Source: Lama glama (lineage: Eukaryota). Taken from it: a stretch of DNA of 64,000 bases. The position numbers and the translations under genes were made by a program. Position 1 is the first letter of the stretch, and every line of letters begins with the position of its first letter. This document shows positions 1-12,580 of this stretch, one piece after another. The DNA lies in assembly GCA_028534125.1 (NCBI GenBank), contig CM052816.1:65970001-66034000 (forward strand), given 5' to 3'. The notes under the pieces were generated by a model that was not told the DNA's origin, did no database searches, and worked only from the letters and a program-made list of their open reading frames with translations.

Positions 1-799
1 TATGTAAAACATCCATCACCGCGTCTGGTTGTGTTATTCCTGTCAATCCTCAAAGCAGTCATCTTTGTAGACTGTACACTTTGTTCACCCCGTTGCCATT
101 GATGAAAACATTCTGGGAATGTTTACAGGCCCTTTTCCCCCCAAAAAAGCCATCTCATTGGTTTACTGTCACACTCCACTTTTGACCAAAAATAGTATTT
201 CCAATATGATTACCAACCTTAGTCACCAAGCAAGGTACCAGGTGGGCTTGGGGGAGGCGAATTCTGAAAATGTAGCCACTCCAAGGGAGAAGACAATTTT
301 GAAGCATTTGAGGGAAGTATACTTGGACTCCGAAGGCATTTTTAAAGGCAGAGTGTCCTAGAATCATTAGAGTGATGGCAGTGTGTGGAATAAACATATA
401 TGCAGGCTTTTCCAGGTGACACTTTAAAGGAGATAGCTTCATCTGAAGTGTAGGGTGGGAAATAGTCTTGTCTTGAGAAGCCCTTTTTACTCTTCAGGCA
501 CACCTTACAGTCTGTTTCTACAGATCCTCACAGCCCGGTTCCTCACTGGAAACTGCAGAGGTGCTGGAAATAAAGAAGCCAGGGTGTCTCAGCCCACTGG
601 CCAGGAAGGGGTCCTACCCTCATCATTTCCACAGACGGGACAGCAGAGGAAACTAGGCTGGCGTTGGTTCCACCATGATTTCTTACTGCCTCTATGCAGT
701 TACTGCTGGGCACCCACGGTGCATCCTGTTCTTTGAGGATGCCCTGCAGTTCCCTTCTAAGCTGCCTTAGAACATCCCCTTAGATAATGGTGGATCAGC

Positions 800-1130
800 A
801 GTGATTCTCTGGTTGCAAGATAGAAACCAACTCTGCTAACTTAAGCAAAAGGGAATTTAGTAGAAGAATATTGAAAGAATCCTCAATTCCCTGTGAATTT
901 GTGGAGAGACTCAAGGATCAGGGTTGAAGGAATCAGGACATCTTCGGAGCAGTAGAAAGGCAGACGTGAAGGGGGAAAGCTCACGGCAAGATCCGTCTAG
1001 TGAGATGCCTGCAACCTTTTTTGGTTTCTTTGTTATTCTGTTTAAGAGTAAAATTCCTGTTGGTGGAGTTTGGGTCTTGGATATTGGCTGAAGGAGAACA
1101 GGGCATCTGACTGTCTCACCAGACCCTATA
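800..1130 (-). mobile_element. Old MaLR LTR fragment (MLT1K/L-like)
   Basis: 'ttctctggttgcaagatagaaaccaactctgctaacttaagcaaaagggaatttagtagaag' resembles the antisense end of MLT1 LTRs; boundaries approximate. Confidence 0.55.
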
Positions 1131-1149
1131 ATACAATGTAGGAGCAATG

Positions 1150-1345
1150 TAGGGGCCAGAGTCCATGGATTCGTGTTCTAGTTCTGCCACTTTTCTCCTC
1201 AAATAATTCATTTAACCTTCCAAAGCCTCCAGTTCCTCATTTTTGAAGCAGGCATGATCATAGTAATTAGGGAGTTCATGAAAATTATTTGAGATGATAT
1301 TTATGAAAAACTAAGCACACTGCATGGCACATAGTAAGCCCTGGA
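1150..1345 (+). mobile_element. MIR SINE
   Basis: MIR core-like 'gcctccagttcctcattttt' and 3' end 'aagcacactgcatggcacatagtaagccct'. Confidence 0.7.
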
Positions 1346-2699
1346 TCATTGTGGGCTGCTTTATAACTAGGATTATCCAATGGAAAGGCCAATAATTTCC
1401 TGAACAAAATCAGGGTGCTGTTAGGGGAAATAAGTGCTAGTAGGCCCCAAATAATTATTGATTATAGTGAGAGAAGAGGGTTGGCCTCAACACAGTACTT
1501 ACTTTGCTAAGATTTTCTCAGTAATCTGCTCTTTATGGTATTAAGGTTTTAGGGATGCAAGATGTATCCCTAGGAACCCAGTTCCTCTGAAGGCACAAAA
1601 ATGATGTGGCTTCCCAATCGATCATTTGATCCACACCCATTTATTGATTCCTCCTTTATGCTTAGGTCTATACAGGGGTGGGGGGGCATGGTCTGTGGCT
1701 TCCGGTTTATTCACAAGTGTAGGAAGCAAAGTGAGGAAAATTTCCATTCCTATGATCGTTGTTTAATAGTCATCTAAATGGACTATTGTCTAGTAAGTCA
1801 CTACCTAATTAGGTTTAATTGAAGGGATTCAGGATTACAGAAAGAGGAGGATTATTTTTAAGCCTCTCCACTTTCTGAGAAGAATATGTAAGTAGGTCCC
1901 TGTGGATGAATGAGTTGGGCTTCTAGATTCATCTGCAGGTTCATTGTTTGAACTTGAGAAAAGAATATCCAACGCTGGCTTTCATCACCAGCCTATGTAA
2001 CTCCACTCCGGGAAAGGACAGGTGTCCCAAGGAGAGAGAATCTGAAGGAAAATTCGAGGTTCCCTAGAAAAGGCATTTAGGTCCTTCAGTGGGATGAAAT
2101 GGATTTAAATCTCTGAAGACCAGTGGAAGGTCACTGTGGAACACTGCACAACCTACCCACTTGGAAAGCCAGAGTCATCGTAAGGAGGAGGGCCCAGCAC
2201 CAGGCTTTGGGGAGCTGGATGGAGGGTCATGCACCATGACAGAACCAGGCTGGTGGAACCTCACTGCCCCACAGCGGCTTCCTCCAGAGCCACAGAGGTG
2301 CTGACCTCTGACTATAGCTTCCACCCGCCCCACCAGCTCCCCACCTCACATTCTGCCTGAGCTTCTGAAGTCACCAGCCTGGAGCAGGCCCTGGCCTCTT
2401 TCTCTGTGGTCTCAGCCCTGACCCCCATCTAGGTTATCCATACTCTAAGCGTGGCCATTCCCCTTACTCAGGACCAGTCATGCCTTTCTTATCAAACCTT
2501 TGTTAATGTCTGGTTTTCCCCAGACCCAGCTAACTCTGGCCTCTCCACCAACCTCACTGCACCGTGCCACCCAGTACAGGGAAGGCATGATGGAACTGAA
2601 ACTGGAAGTATAACCACCATTGAGTATTAGTTTTTTGACAAAGATATGTATCTTTTTCCAGGGGTGTACGTAACTAGGCATTGTAGGAAGGTGAGCTTT

Positions 2700-2900
2700 G
2701 GATCCCTTGAATCAATTCAGAGAATTCTGGCCAAGCCACTTCTTAGCCATTTGACTTTGGGCAAAGTATTCTCTGAGCCTGAATTATCTCATCTATAAAA
2801 TGTAGTTAATCACAACCCTACCTCAGACGGTTATGATAAGGATTAAATGAGACGAATCAGCACCAAGCCTAGTATCTGGCGCACAGTAGAAACTAAAAAT
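2700..2900 (+). mobile_element. MIR SINE
   Basis: 'tgactttgggcaaagtattctctgagcctgaattatctcatctataaaatg...aggattaaatgaga' matches the MIR core. Confidence 0.8.
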
Positions 2901-3991
2901 GAAAGGCTAGGTCTTGCATGAATTTTTTTTTCTCTTGAGTGTACTGTGACCCTTCCATCAGTGAGTTTCCATCAGAGGGAGGCAAATGAGTCATCTTTTG
3001 AACTGGAAGTTTGACATAAGAAAGAAGGAAGGAAAGAAAACAACTGAATTTCTCTTAAAAGCATTTTCCTTTACTAACTTACCTTCTGTTGTCTGTGTTT
3101 AGGAGAAACCAGTTCTGCCTACAAAAATGTCTGCCTGTTTCCATAGCCAGTTCTTTGCTACATGTTTAAATTCCTAATTGTGCACACAATCTTAGTCACT
3201 GTATTTTCATGTGCAAACAATTAAGACTCATTTAACAGCCTTCCCTCTGGAAGGTTTTGTTCTCCATCTGCCACAAATCAGATTCCTTAGGAACATGTTT
3301 GATTTTGAAACAATGTGAAAGTACTGTTCATTTTGTTCAAATTTCATTTATGTACCATTTCTTCAAGTGATGTCAATGGACAGCCACAAAAAGCTGAGCA
3401 GCTGGTCAAAACAAGACTTCAAAGAAACCATTGAAATGGGGCAAAAAAAAATGTTTTAGAAAACTAATATGCTAGGACAAAGCCAAATAAAAACCATAGT
3501 CTGATAAACATTCCTCTGACATATTTCACTCATAACAAATATTTACTTTACAACAGACTTAAAATATGGGAAAATGGGAATGCACCCCAGTTTCCACTCT
3601 GAATCTTGGAAGCCTTGAGCTCACAGCAATGAATGTGAGGGAAAAGGTGAAAGAAGCCAGGAAGGAGGAAAACAGGAAAAGAGTAGGTTTGTAAGTTTTG
3701 GGGGGGGAAGAAACAGAGTACAAAGGTACACATTTGAATAATGCTAACCAGAAGAATCAAACAGATTGATAGGACTCTTTGTTCAGTTAAAAATCAATTA
3801 GATAATTAACTTCTCTCTCACCCCAGGTAGTCCATTTTTATTAATTTGTTCAATAGACTTCTTTACTTTAGAACATCAAATAGAAGCTAATGCCTGGTCG
3901 AATTAAGGGCAAAAAAATTATTAGGTTCTGAACAAAGTAAGTGTCTGGGAACTGGTAACTAAAATTCAGCCAAAATTTAAAAAGAAAAAAA

Positions 3992-4047
3992 TTAGCTTTT
4001 CTAGAGGAACATGTTAAAGTTAGCTTTTCTAGAGGAACATGTCAAAG
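3992..4047. repeat. 28-bp tandem duplication
   Basis: TTAGCTTTTCTAGAGGAACATGTTAAAG followed directly by TTAGCTTTTCTAGAGGAACATGTCAAAG (1 mismatch). Confidence 0.95.
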
Positions 4048-6299
4048 TTAGACATCACCCTTTGGAGGTTTGCAGAAAATAGTTTTTCCTGTGTATATTT
4101 CCCGTTGCTTGGGGACTTGAAACAAATAACCAACACAATTAATGCAGTCATTCCCCATTTATATATCAGTTGGTTAGTTTGTCCACCAGCTTCCTAAGGC
4201 TTTATAAGCTGAATTGCTTTGATATCATTCAATGAAAATATTCTAGAAAAGCTCAAAAAGTCTTGTTGTTATTTCGGGCAGTCACACTTGCGTTGTTTAA
4301 AATGCCTTTGTGCAAAAGCCCAATCTGCTTTCAAATCAGACCTTCAAAGAAGTGTAGATTTATACATGTGACAGATCCCCTTAGGTGCTTCCCTTCAAAG
4401 AAAAAAGGAAAGCCAGGAGAGCCCCTCCCACCCACCATCTTGAGTCTTTGTGCCTAAGCATCAAATGGCACCTCTAATAAGCAGAGCAGAGAAAACATTA
4501 GTACCTCTCTGCTGGAGATCCAAAGCAAGATACAGGTCTTCTGGGCGACATGGCACCTAAGAATTCACACATAGTTGGTAAATAAGTGGGAGGAAAAAGT
4601 GGACGTGGAGGGGGCCATGTTTTCCACGAATAGTGAATATTTATTGAAAGGTAACTATTTTTTAAGAGCAGGTAAGCTCAGAAGTCACCGACATCGGATG
4701 TCTGCCATTAAAGGAGTTAGTTCCACTCTGGGGTGTAATTAGGGGTCAAATGAATGGTGTGCTCTGCATTTAGGATAGTGGCTCACCAACTTGTCTGTTC
4801 ATTAGCATCACTTGGAAAGTTGAAAAGTTCCAAAAAAGTGAAGGAAGAAAATGTCAGAGGGTTGGAGACCAGTTAGAGGACAATAGCAGTGTTCAAGAAT
4901 AAAGTTCAATAAAGGCCCAGCAAAGTAGCTGCATCGAAGGACTATAAAGGAAGAGACAGTTGTAAAAGATGAAAGAAGGACATGTGTAGGACTCAGTAAC
5001 TGCTGTTGTATGGTTTTACTGAGTGGGTGTAAAATGGTTCAGAAAATGTATGAAGGCTTATAATTCTTGCTGTTATATATAGGATATATAGGATTATACA
5101 TCAGATAAAAATAGGTTGGTACCTGGATTCCAGTGTAGAATTTAAGGCTGATTTATCTCTATGCCTAGCTTAACTATATTTCATTTAGCAGAAAATGTTC
5201 CATATATCAAATATTCTAGAAAACCAAGGTTCATAGTCTTAACTCTTTGGAATGAAAATCTTTCAAAGGTTTTAGGCTCATTCTTAATCATTTAAAGGCG
5301 TGCTGAATGTAATCAGAACATTTTTAATGGCTCTGGGCATCATTATTCACATCCACTTTTATACTTCTTTGTCATTCACAGGTGCCTTTGGGAGCTAACA
5401 GTCTGTGGACTAACCCCCGCCCCTGCCTTCCCTGTAAAGAGCCCCGAACTTTGCTGCCCTTTAATTTTTAATCAATGGTCACCTTTTGGTGTTGGTAGTA
5501 AACCTGGCCTTAGCGCCATTTTTTCTGATCTGCTGCTCCTTTCTCCTTGGCAAACCGGGTTACCAGGCCGTTGCATTGAGCCTAAAATAAGAGCAAATTA
5601 ACTCAAAATAAAAATGGGGCTTGGAGGCAATCCATCTTTGAGGAAGGGCTTTGGGATATTTAATGCACATAACAAATAAGTTTTAAAATTCATTTATTTG
5701 ACTATTCTGGAGAGCTTTTCACCTACATACTGGTGTTAAGTAGTATAAATTTCTGGATAATTCATCTCTGGATGAGTGAATTGTTACTATACTACTAGAG
5801 CTAATAAAATTAATACTGATTTATCATTAACCAGTCCACAAAAACATGTTGAACTCTGTGCTCGGGGTTTCAGGGAAATATGTTTAATTCTGTGTTTTGG
5901 GTTTCAAGGAAACAGATGAACAAGATGTAGTCCCTCCCCAAGGACTGGGCAAGATATAATTGTATATATGAAAAAGACACCAAGAATCTTAGTCCCAGGA
6001 TTGTGCCACAGAGAGTAAGCATCATAAGAATTCAGAAGAGCCAAAGATAAATTCAGACAAAAAATAGTGATGGACCTTGAACGTTTTCCAAATGATTTAG
6101 AGTTAGTCAAATGTCCCACCTCGCCAGATTCTTGTAGTGGGTGTGTTAAGTTGACCACTGCTGGGCTCAGAGATTTAGGATTACTTCCGGCATCCCAGCA
6201 AAACAGCCCTTTTTCCTCCAGGACCATTTGCTATTACAAAAGAGAGGTGATCGCTGGTGATTTATGTACATTCCTTCATTTTGCATCTGGCCCTGGGCT

Positions 6300-6465
6300 T
6301 GTGAAACTTGACGAAAGATCAATGACCTCAGGGTTTAGGGGCCAGAGCTGTAATCCCAGCTGTGTCGCTAGTTTCCTATTTAACCTTTGGTCAGTAATTT
6401 AACCTGGTTTTTCTTCAATAAGATGAGGATGTTAGGTTAGATAATATCTAAGGACCCAACTAGCT
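6300..6465 (+). mobile_element. MIR/MIR3 SINE
   Basis: 'ttcttcaataagatgaggatgttaggttagataatatctaaggacccaactagctct' resembles the MIR3 3' end. Confidence 0.55.
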
Positions 6466-7729
6466 CTTTTTATAATGTTTTACTATTTTTAAAAAAACAT
6501 GCTTCTGATCGATTGCCTTTATTTTCTTCAATTCTGTTTCCCTAAGTAGTGAGTAGGAGATACACTAAGTCAATGTTTGAATTCCACTTTTCGCACTGTG
6601 GATCTTTAGAGGAGATGCTCAACACCATTTGCTATTTTGAGTTTTCAACAAAGAGTAAAAAGAAAATTCTGGCTCCCCTGGCTAGTCATCCTCTCCAGTT
6701 GGCAAAAGCCTTCATGTGGACTTGATGGTTGCCTAGAGCAACAAAATATTAGGGACAGAAACATGTTCAGGGATTCGACTGTACAAGTGACTCAGAGCTA
6801 AGAGACCTTTTCCAGCTTGACGGGAGCCATACTTAGCTAGAGTGGGTATCTGTCTATGCCTGTCTGGACTTCCTACTCCTCTGACTTAGAGGTGCCTATT
6901 ATTTTGCTTATTAAAATACAGAAACCAGCCTGGAAACTGGTATAGAGAAGTTAAGTGGTCAGAAGGCAGTCTTCTTCATTCAGCATGTCTCACACATGAA
7001 AGATCATTAGGACAAGTAAATAAAAACAAGATGAGGGGACTGATCATGGACTTTGAAGAGCACATACCAAGAACATAGTGAAAACTCAATAAAAACTCAC
7101 TGTAAGAGCCACTATTCAAAGCCAATTAGCTCTTTTATGTTAGGAGAACCAAATGGAGGAGGTGCTCCTGAGAAGCAGCACCCTTTACCTTCCCTCTGTG
7201 GGAGCCAGACATCTCTAACTATGCTCTAAGCAAAATGTGAATTTAAAAAATGGTTTTCTGTTTCTAAACTCCTTAAATCCTGAGGTCATCCCCTCTCTGT
7301 TCCATCAGTCTGTTTCCATGATACCAATTACTCAAGCTTGTTAAGGAAGTTATTAGCATCCGGGAGTCATGTCTTTTGCTTCTAGTCAGTGTTGCCTGGA
7401 GCAAGAACTGGAAGGCGATTAGCCAAGTCTCCTTACATGAAGTCCTTTCTCTTTAGCTGTTTAACTTGGTTTCATTTTAATTACGGGTTTGGTAGGTGGT
7501 GCTTCTATCCCCAGTGCACATCCTTCCCACTTGCACTCGAACAGGTTCATTAGGATTATAATCACAATGATAAACTATTACTTTTTATCCTGCTTGAAGA
7601 CTTGTTGAGTGTCACTCTGATCCGAAACTGGCCTTCTTGGTTTGGACGTTGTAATTTATAGTGAATATTCTTTCTGAGCGATTAGAAACATAGTCAGAGG
7701 TTTACAATAATAACTCTTAGCCGCATAAC

Positions 7730-7890
7730 CATAGCAGCTGTTTGGAAACATGGCTTCAGATCACTTGTTTGCAAATGTCTTTTTCCGGATGACCCTGCCT
7801 GGATTGGAACCCATATACGTTACTTGACATGTGAAACACATGTGACCCTGGCAGATGATCTGGCCGATCTTGAAAACTACAGCTGTTTAG
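7730..7890. promoter_or_regulatory. Candidate bHLH (E-box cluster) enhancer
   Basis: Seven CANNTG sites in about 150 bp (7735, 7762, 7772, 7828, 7839, 7852, 7880) in non-repetitive sequence. Confidence 0.45.
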
Positions 7891-8344
7891 TCACTTTAAA
7901 AACAACGCGATATAAGTGATTTTCTAGGCTTGGGCTTAAACTATTCTGTGCTGACTTATGGGAATTCTGACCCTTCAGGGAGGAGAAAAAAAAAGTATAA
8001 GACAATAGAAATGTGTCATCCTGGGTGTTGTCATTAATTTTAATAGATTTCTTTTACAAAATGTGCAAAGAAGACTGCTTATTGTTACAAGGGAAAAAAC
8101 CACAGTAATATCTATGTGGCTTTATTTTGCTTTATTTTTTTAAAAAATCAATGAAGAAGTCCAAGTTTTAACTTTGTTTCCTCTTCATCCAAGTCAAGAG
8201 CAATCTATAAGCTTCTAGAAAGATCAATGCTTCTTTATTTACTATAAAATATGTTCCCTGCTTAGGGATTACATGGTGGAGGGTTAATGTTCTCTTCCAA
8301 GGCGGCCCTCTATGTGCTCCAGTTGCTATATATAAACACTATAT

Positions 8345-8750
8345 TAGCTAGAATTTTGTTCAGCTTGAGTGAAAGAGACTTGAAAAATTATGTTTTAATC
8401 AAGACAGAAGTTTGTCTCTTTCCTATAAAAGAGACCCAGAGAGGAGAGTTCAGGGATGATATGGCTGCCCTGAGACCATCAGGGACTTTCAGATAATTCC
8501 TCCACCATCCCTCGATTGTGGGTTTTGCCTCAGTACTCCAAAATGTTTACCAGAGCTCCAGCCATTGCATCTAAATTACCAGCAGCAAGTTGGAGGAGGA
8601 GAGGAAGAACAGCACACCCCTTCCTTTTCAAAGAGACTTCCCAGAAATCCCAAATAATGCTTCTATTTACATCTCCTTGACTCAAATTTTGTCACATGCC
8701 ACATCGAGCTGCAAAAGGAGACTGGGAAATAAAGAAATATTTTTCTGGCA
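8345..8750 (-). mobile_element. MaLR LTR (MLT1J-like)
   Basis: 'aagacagaagtttgtctctt...ccatcagggac...gagctccagccattgcatc...tcacatgccacatcgagctgcaaaaggagactgggaaat' is typical of antisense MLT1J. Confidence 0.7.
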
Positions 8751-9399
8751 ATCCCCTAATTTGAGGATTTCAATCTCCTTTAAGTAAATGATCCCTTACC
8801 TAACCTCTCCTTGTCTATCCAGTCTCTCTTAAATTCTTTACCATCCTGTTGTTCTTATACATCTTGGGGAAAACCCAACCTTCTGTCAGTTGCACAGTCT
8901 GCCTTCTCCACGTCCTTCCCTGAACTCCTGGGGGGAAAAAATCTCACCTCGCTTCAAGCTGGAATTCCGATAGTTAAAAATGCTCACCTCAGCTGGACCC
9001 TAAGTTTTTCTTGACATTTTATCCTTGTTCTGCTCCCTCCCTCACCCGCCTTGGTGCTTATTCCAAACTTCCTCCCCCTTCTCAAGCCTCCAGAGCCTGC
9101 AGCTGCTCATCACCTTTCAGCAAACAACTTGACTTGTTGCTCAATGAAGAAACTCCTTGTCAAGACTGGAGCTTTCTCAGCTCTTATATCCTCTTACCAC
9201 GAGCCAGACCCAGCCCTTTTTCCCTCCTTCCAGTCTCAGCAGATGGAGTGTCTCACTCAACTCCGGCCTCTGTGCTCTTGATCTCTCTCCTCCCAGTGCC
9301 TCCAGGTCCTTTCTCCACCTGTTACCTTTCTTTTTCTCACATCTTCGATCTCTTTTCCTCTAGCTCCTTCCTTATTCATGTCTCTCTCAATCTTAAAAA

Positions 9400-10950
9400 C
9401 AATACAAACAAAATAGCAAAGTCTAGGAACAGACCCTTTATTGATCCTTTAGCTAGCTCTCTGCAGGCAGGTTGCTTCACGTCCTCATCTCCCAAGGACT
9501 CCTCAACCCACCATAGTAGGACTTTCTCACACACTCTCTGCTCACTGCTCTCACCACAGTTCCAGTGAGCTCCTACTTGCCTTCTCCCTGCTTATCTTAG
9601 AGGCCTTCCTCTGAAACTCTCTCCTCATTCATTTATTCAGTAAATATTTTAAATATTGATTTAACACATTTCTTTTGGGATCCATCCTCTCCCAGGGGAT
9701 TCCACTCTCTTTTTGCTGCTCTGAACAGTCTTTCTCACCATCCTTCATGATCCACCTTCCTCCTCTCTTCCCTCGTTAAACATGAATCTTCTGGGACTGA
9801 CTCATTGCTTTTCTCATTCTGTGCATTCTCTAGATGTTCTGATGTACTTTAATGGTTTTATCACCCATCTTGTAAAAGTGATTTCCAAAACCCCACTGAG
9901 ACCTCCTCCCTGGTTTTCAGACTCATTTTATACAAAAGTCCAGTGCCTGATGATAGTCCAATATTTTCAAAACTAGATTCATCCATTTTTTTGCAAATCT
10001 GTTTTTTCTGCCTCAGTTAGAAGCACTTTTATCCTGGAGTGAGACTTGGAAACAATACACCCCTTCTTGAAATAAATAACTGTACTTTTATTTTACTTTC
10101 TAAATATTTCTCGAATCTCTCCTCTCCTTTCCAACTCACTAATACTCCCCTAGTCCAGGCACTCACCAGCTCTCCCCTCGGTTACAGTAGGGGTGCCCCA
10201 AATAGTGTTTTTAAAACTGTCAGATGCATGTAGCATTTTATTTAAAATAGAATTGAATTGAAAATAATGAAATACCAAACCATATCTATAATATCAAAGG
10301 TAAGTATTGTTTTATGAAAATGTTGGAATACACACAGACACACAGCCATTTTGCCATGAAAATATATTTCTTATCATAAATTTAAAAAGCTTGAGAGCCA
10401 CTTTCTTAAATACTCCATCTCTGGTGTACTCTCCTTAGCTCTGCCTTCCACTGTGCAACCAAAATGATTTAGCTGAAAAATTAGACATTCTGAAAATGTC
10501 ACTTCCCTGCTTAAAACCCTTTATCAATCACAAGAGAAAGTCTAACCTCCTTGGTGTTGGTACACAAGGCACCTGACCAGCTGCATATCCTCTATTCTCT
10601 CCAGGCACTCCCGCCACCTGACTCTTTCAGGGGCAGACTTCTTCCACCCACACATCGTGTTTCTCAGCTCTCTGCATCTGCGTGTTCTGTTCTCCCCGCC
10701 TGGGACTCACTTTCATCTCTTACTTCCCTGGCTCACTTCACCTCATTCTTTGGGTGAGGTGACACCTGAAATCTAAGCCCTGCCCCATTCTCCAGCTGGG
10801 GTCAGGCCCTTCTGCTCTGTTTCCATAGGCCCACACCTAAGTCTGGCATAACTCTAATGAAATTGTTCTAAACATTGCAGTCTGTGCCTCTTTATTCTCA
10901 GCCTGTTGGATAATATGTCAGTGCCTTGTTGTGTCTTCACTACACAGTGT
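9400..10950 (+). mobile_element. L2 LINE fragments, interrupted by a DNA transposon
   Basis: Pyrimidine-rich L2-like segments, e.g. 'ctccccctagtccaggcactcaccagctctc' and 'tcacttccctgcttaaaaccctt'. Confidence 0.6.
10190..10405. mobile_element. hAT-Charlie DNA transposon fragment (MER119/Charlie4-like)
   Basis: 'aatagaattgaattg...aaggtaagtattgttttatgaaa...aaaagcttgagagccact'. Confidence 0.55.
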
Positions 10951-12379
10951 GCGGTGCTAGGACACCGCTGTGCTCAGCTGGCATGTGTCCACTAGACCTG
11001 GAGTCCAGAAAGTCTTCATGCATTTCTTCTCAGAACTTCTTAAAATGATTACTGAGGATACTAGAGAAACAAAACATAGGGCAGTAAAAGTCAACAATGA
11101 AAACTTACTTGGCTCCTGCTCAGGACGGAAACTAGGATGAAACGGTGCCTCTTAAAACCTTTGATGGAAGAGGATAACTTGAAAAAGTGAAGGCTAGGTG
11201 ATCTTCCCCATATTGTCACACTTCTGAATCAGAGTGAGGAAAATGTGAGAAGCAAGGCTGCTACTAGCCTATTGTTTCATTGACCAATATGTTAAATAAC
11301 TCACATGGTTCCATAAGAGGACATGTTTTTGTGAAATGAATAAAACTCCTTTTGGTGTATTCTGAATGGCATTTAAGAACAGCCTTACTCACCGTCAGTG
11401 AAGGTTGGGCTCTCACCCCATGACTACTGGTGAGTTCATGAGTGCATTATTTGTTGAGCTTTGTGGAAATACTAACGCAGCATGTCTGTGATCAGCCAGT
11501 ATGCAGCTCCATGGAAGGTGTACCTTGGAGCATTTCTGTGATGGGTGTGATGAGTTTCTTCCTTCTGATTTGGGCTGTAGTTTCATTCCTCCTCCCCAGT
11601 GTAAGATTAGATCTCTCTGGTATCTTGTTTCATACTTTAGCTACCTTACCCCTCCACTTTTCCTTTTCCTTTTCCTTTTCTTGAGGGAGGAAGAACAACT
11701 ATGCAGTGCCTTCCTTTTGTGCTTTGGGCCAATTTTGTTGAGTTGTTTTATGATCTTGGACTTAGAGCTGCCTCAGCACTCAACACTAGCTCCTGGGGCC
11801 ATGAGACTAATGAGAAAAGCAAAACAAATTCAAGTAAAAGAAAGTGGTTTGTGTTGTGGAGAGAAACTTGGAAAGATACACCACTAAGGACACTAGGGGC
11901 TCTGTTTTCCCTGCTGTCTACATCTGGGTTAACACATTTCAAAATAACCAGTCAATTTAGTTAATTCCATCAAATGGCTAGTTAATATAGTCAAATGGAA
12001 GGGAAAAACAAATGAATGGTTTTTTGGATGACTGGTTTAGCTTTGTGGAGCTTTGATCTTACTCATTTCCAGGAAATAATTTCAACTCTTAAGAAAATGC
12101 AAACTTGTACAGGTTAATTCAATACAAAAATACATTTCAAAAGGTATTCATAGTCAACACACATTTGTTTTTCCCAAGGGTCATTAAAGCAGGTAGAAAT
12201 AATATACTAGGCGTAGAAACTTGGATTATAATGGAGGGAAAACAAGGTTAAATCATTAGCAGAAACTCTTCTTTCTTTTTCATTCTTCCACTGTCTGAAT
12301 ATCTCTCCTTTCTACTTTCTGCATTTTGTCCTTTCCTTTGTTCTTCAGTTCCAATCTCTTTAAACCTCAGTAGCAATAA

Positions 12380-12580
12380 CACAAACTCTGTGTCATGCAC
12401 TGTGCTAAGACATGACTTACATGATCACATTTAATTCTCACAACAACCCAATGAAGTACATGGAATGATTACATCATTTTACAGAAAAAGAAGCTGAGTC
12501 TCAAGGAACTGAAGAATATTTCCTTTACTCATTATTCTGGAAAGGTGTAGAGCTGGGATTCAAATGCTGGCACTTATATT
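12380..12580 (-). mobile_element. MIR SINE
   Basis: 'catttaattctcacaacaacccaatgaagta...cattttacagaaaaagaagctgag...gagctgggattcaaa'. Confidence 0.8.

Noticed and set aside
3992..4047. CRISPR-like repeat
   Set aside because: Two abutting copies with no spacer, mammalian context, no cas genes
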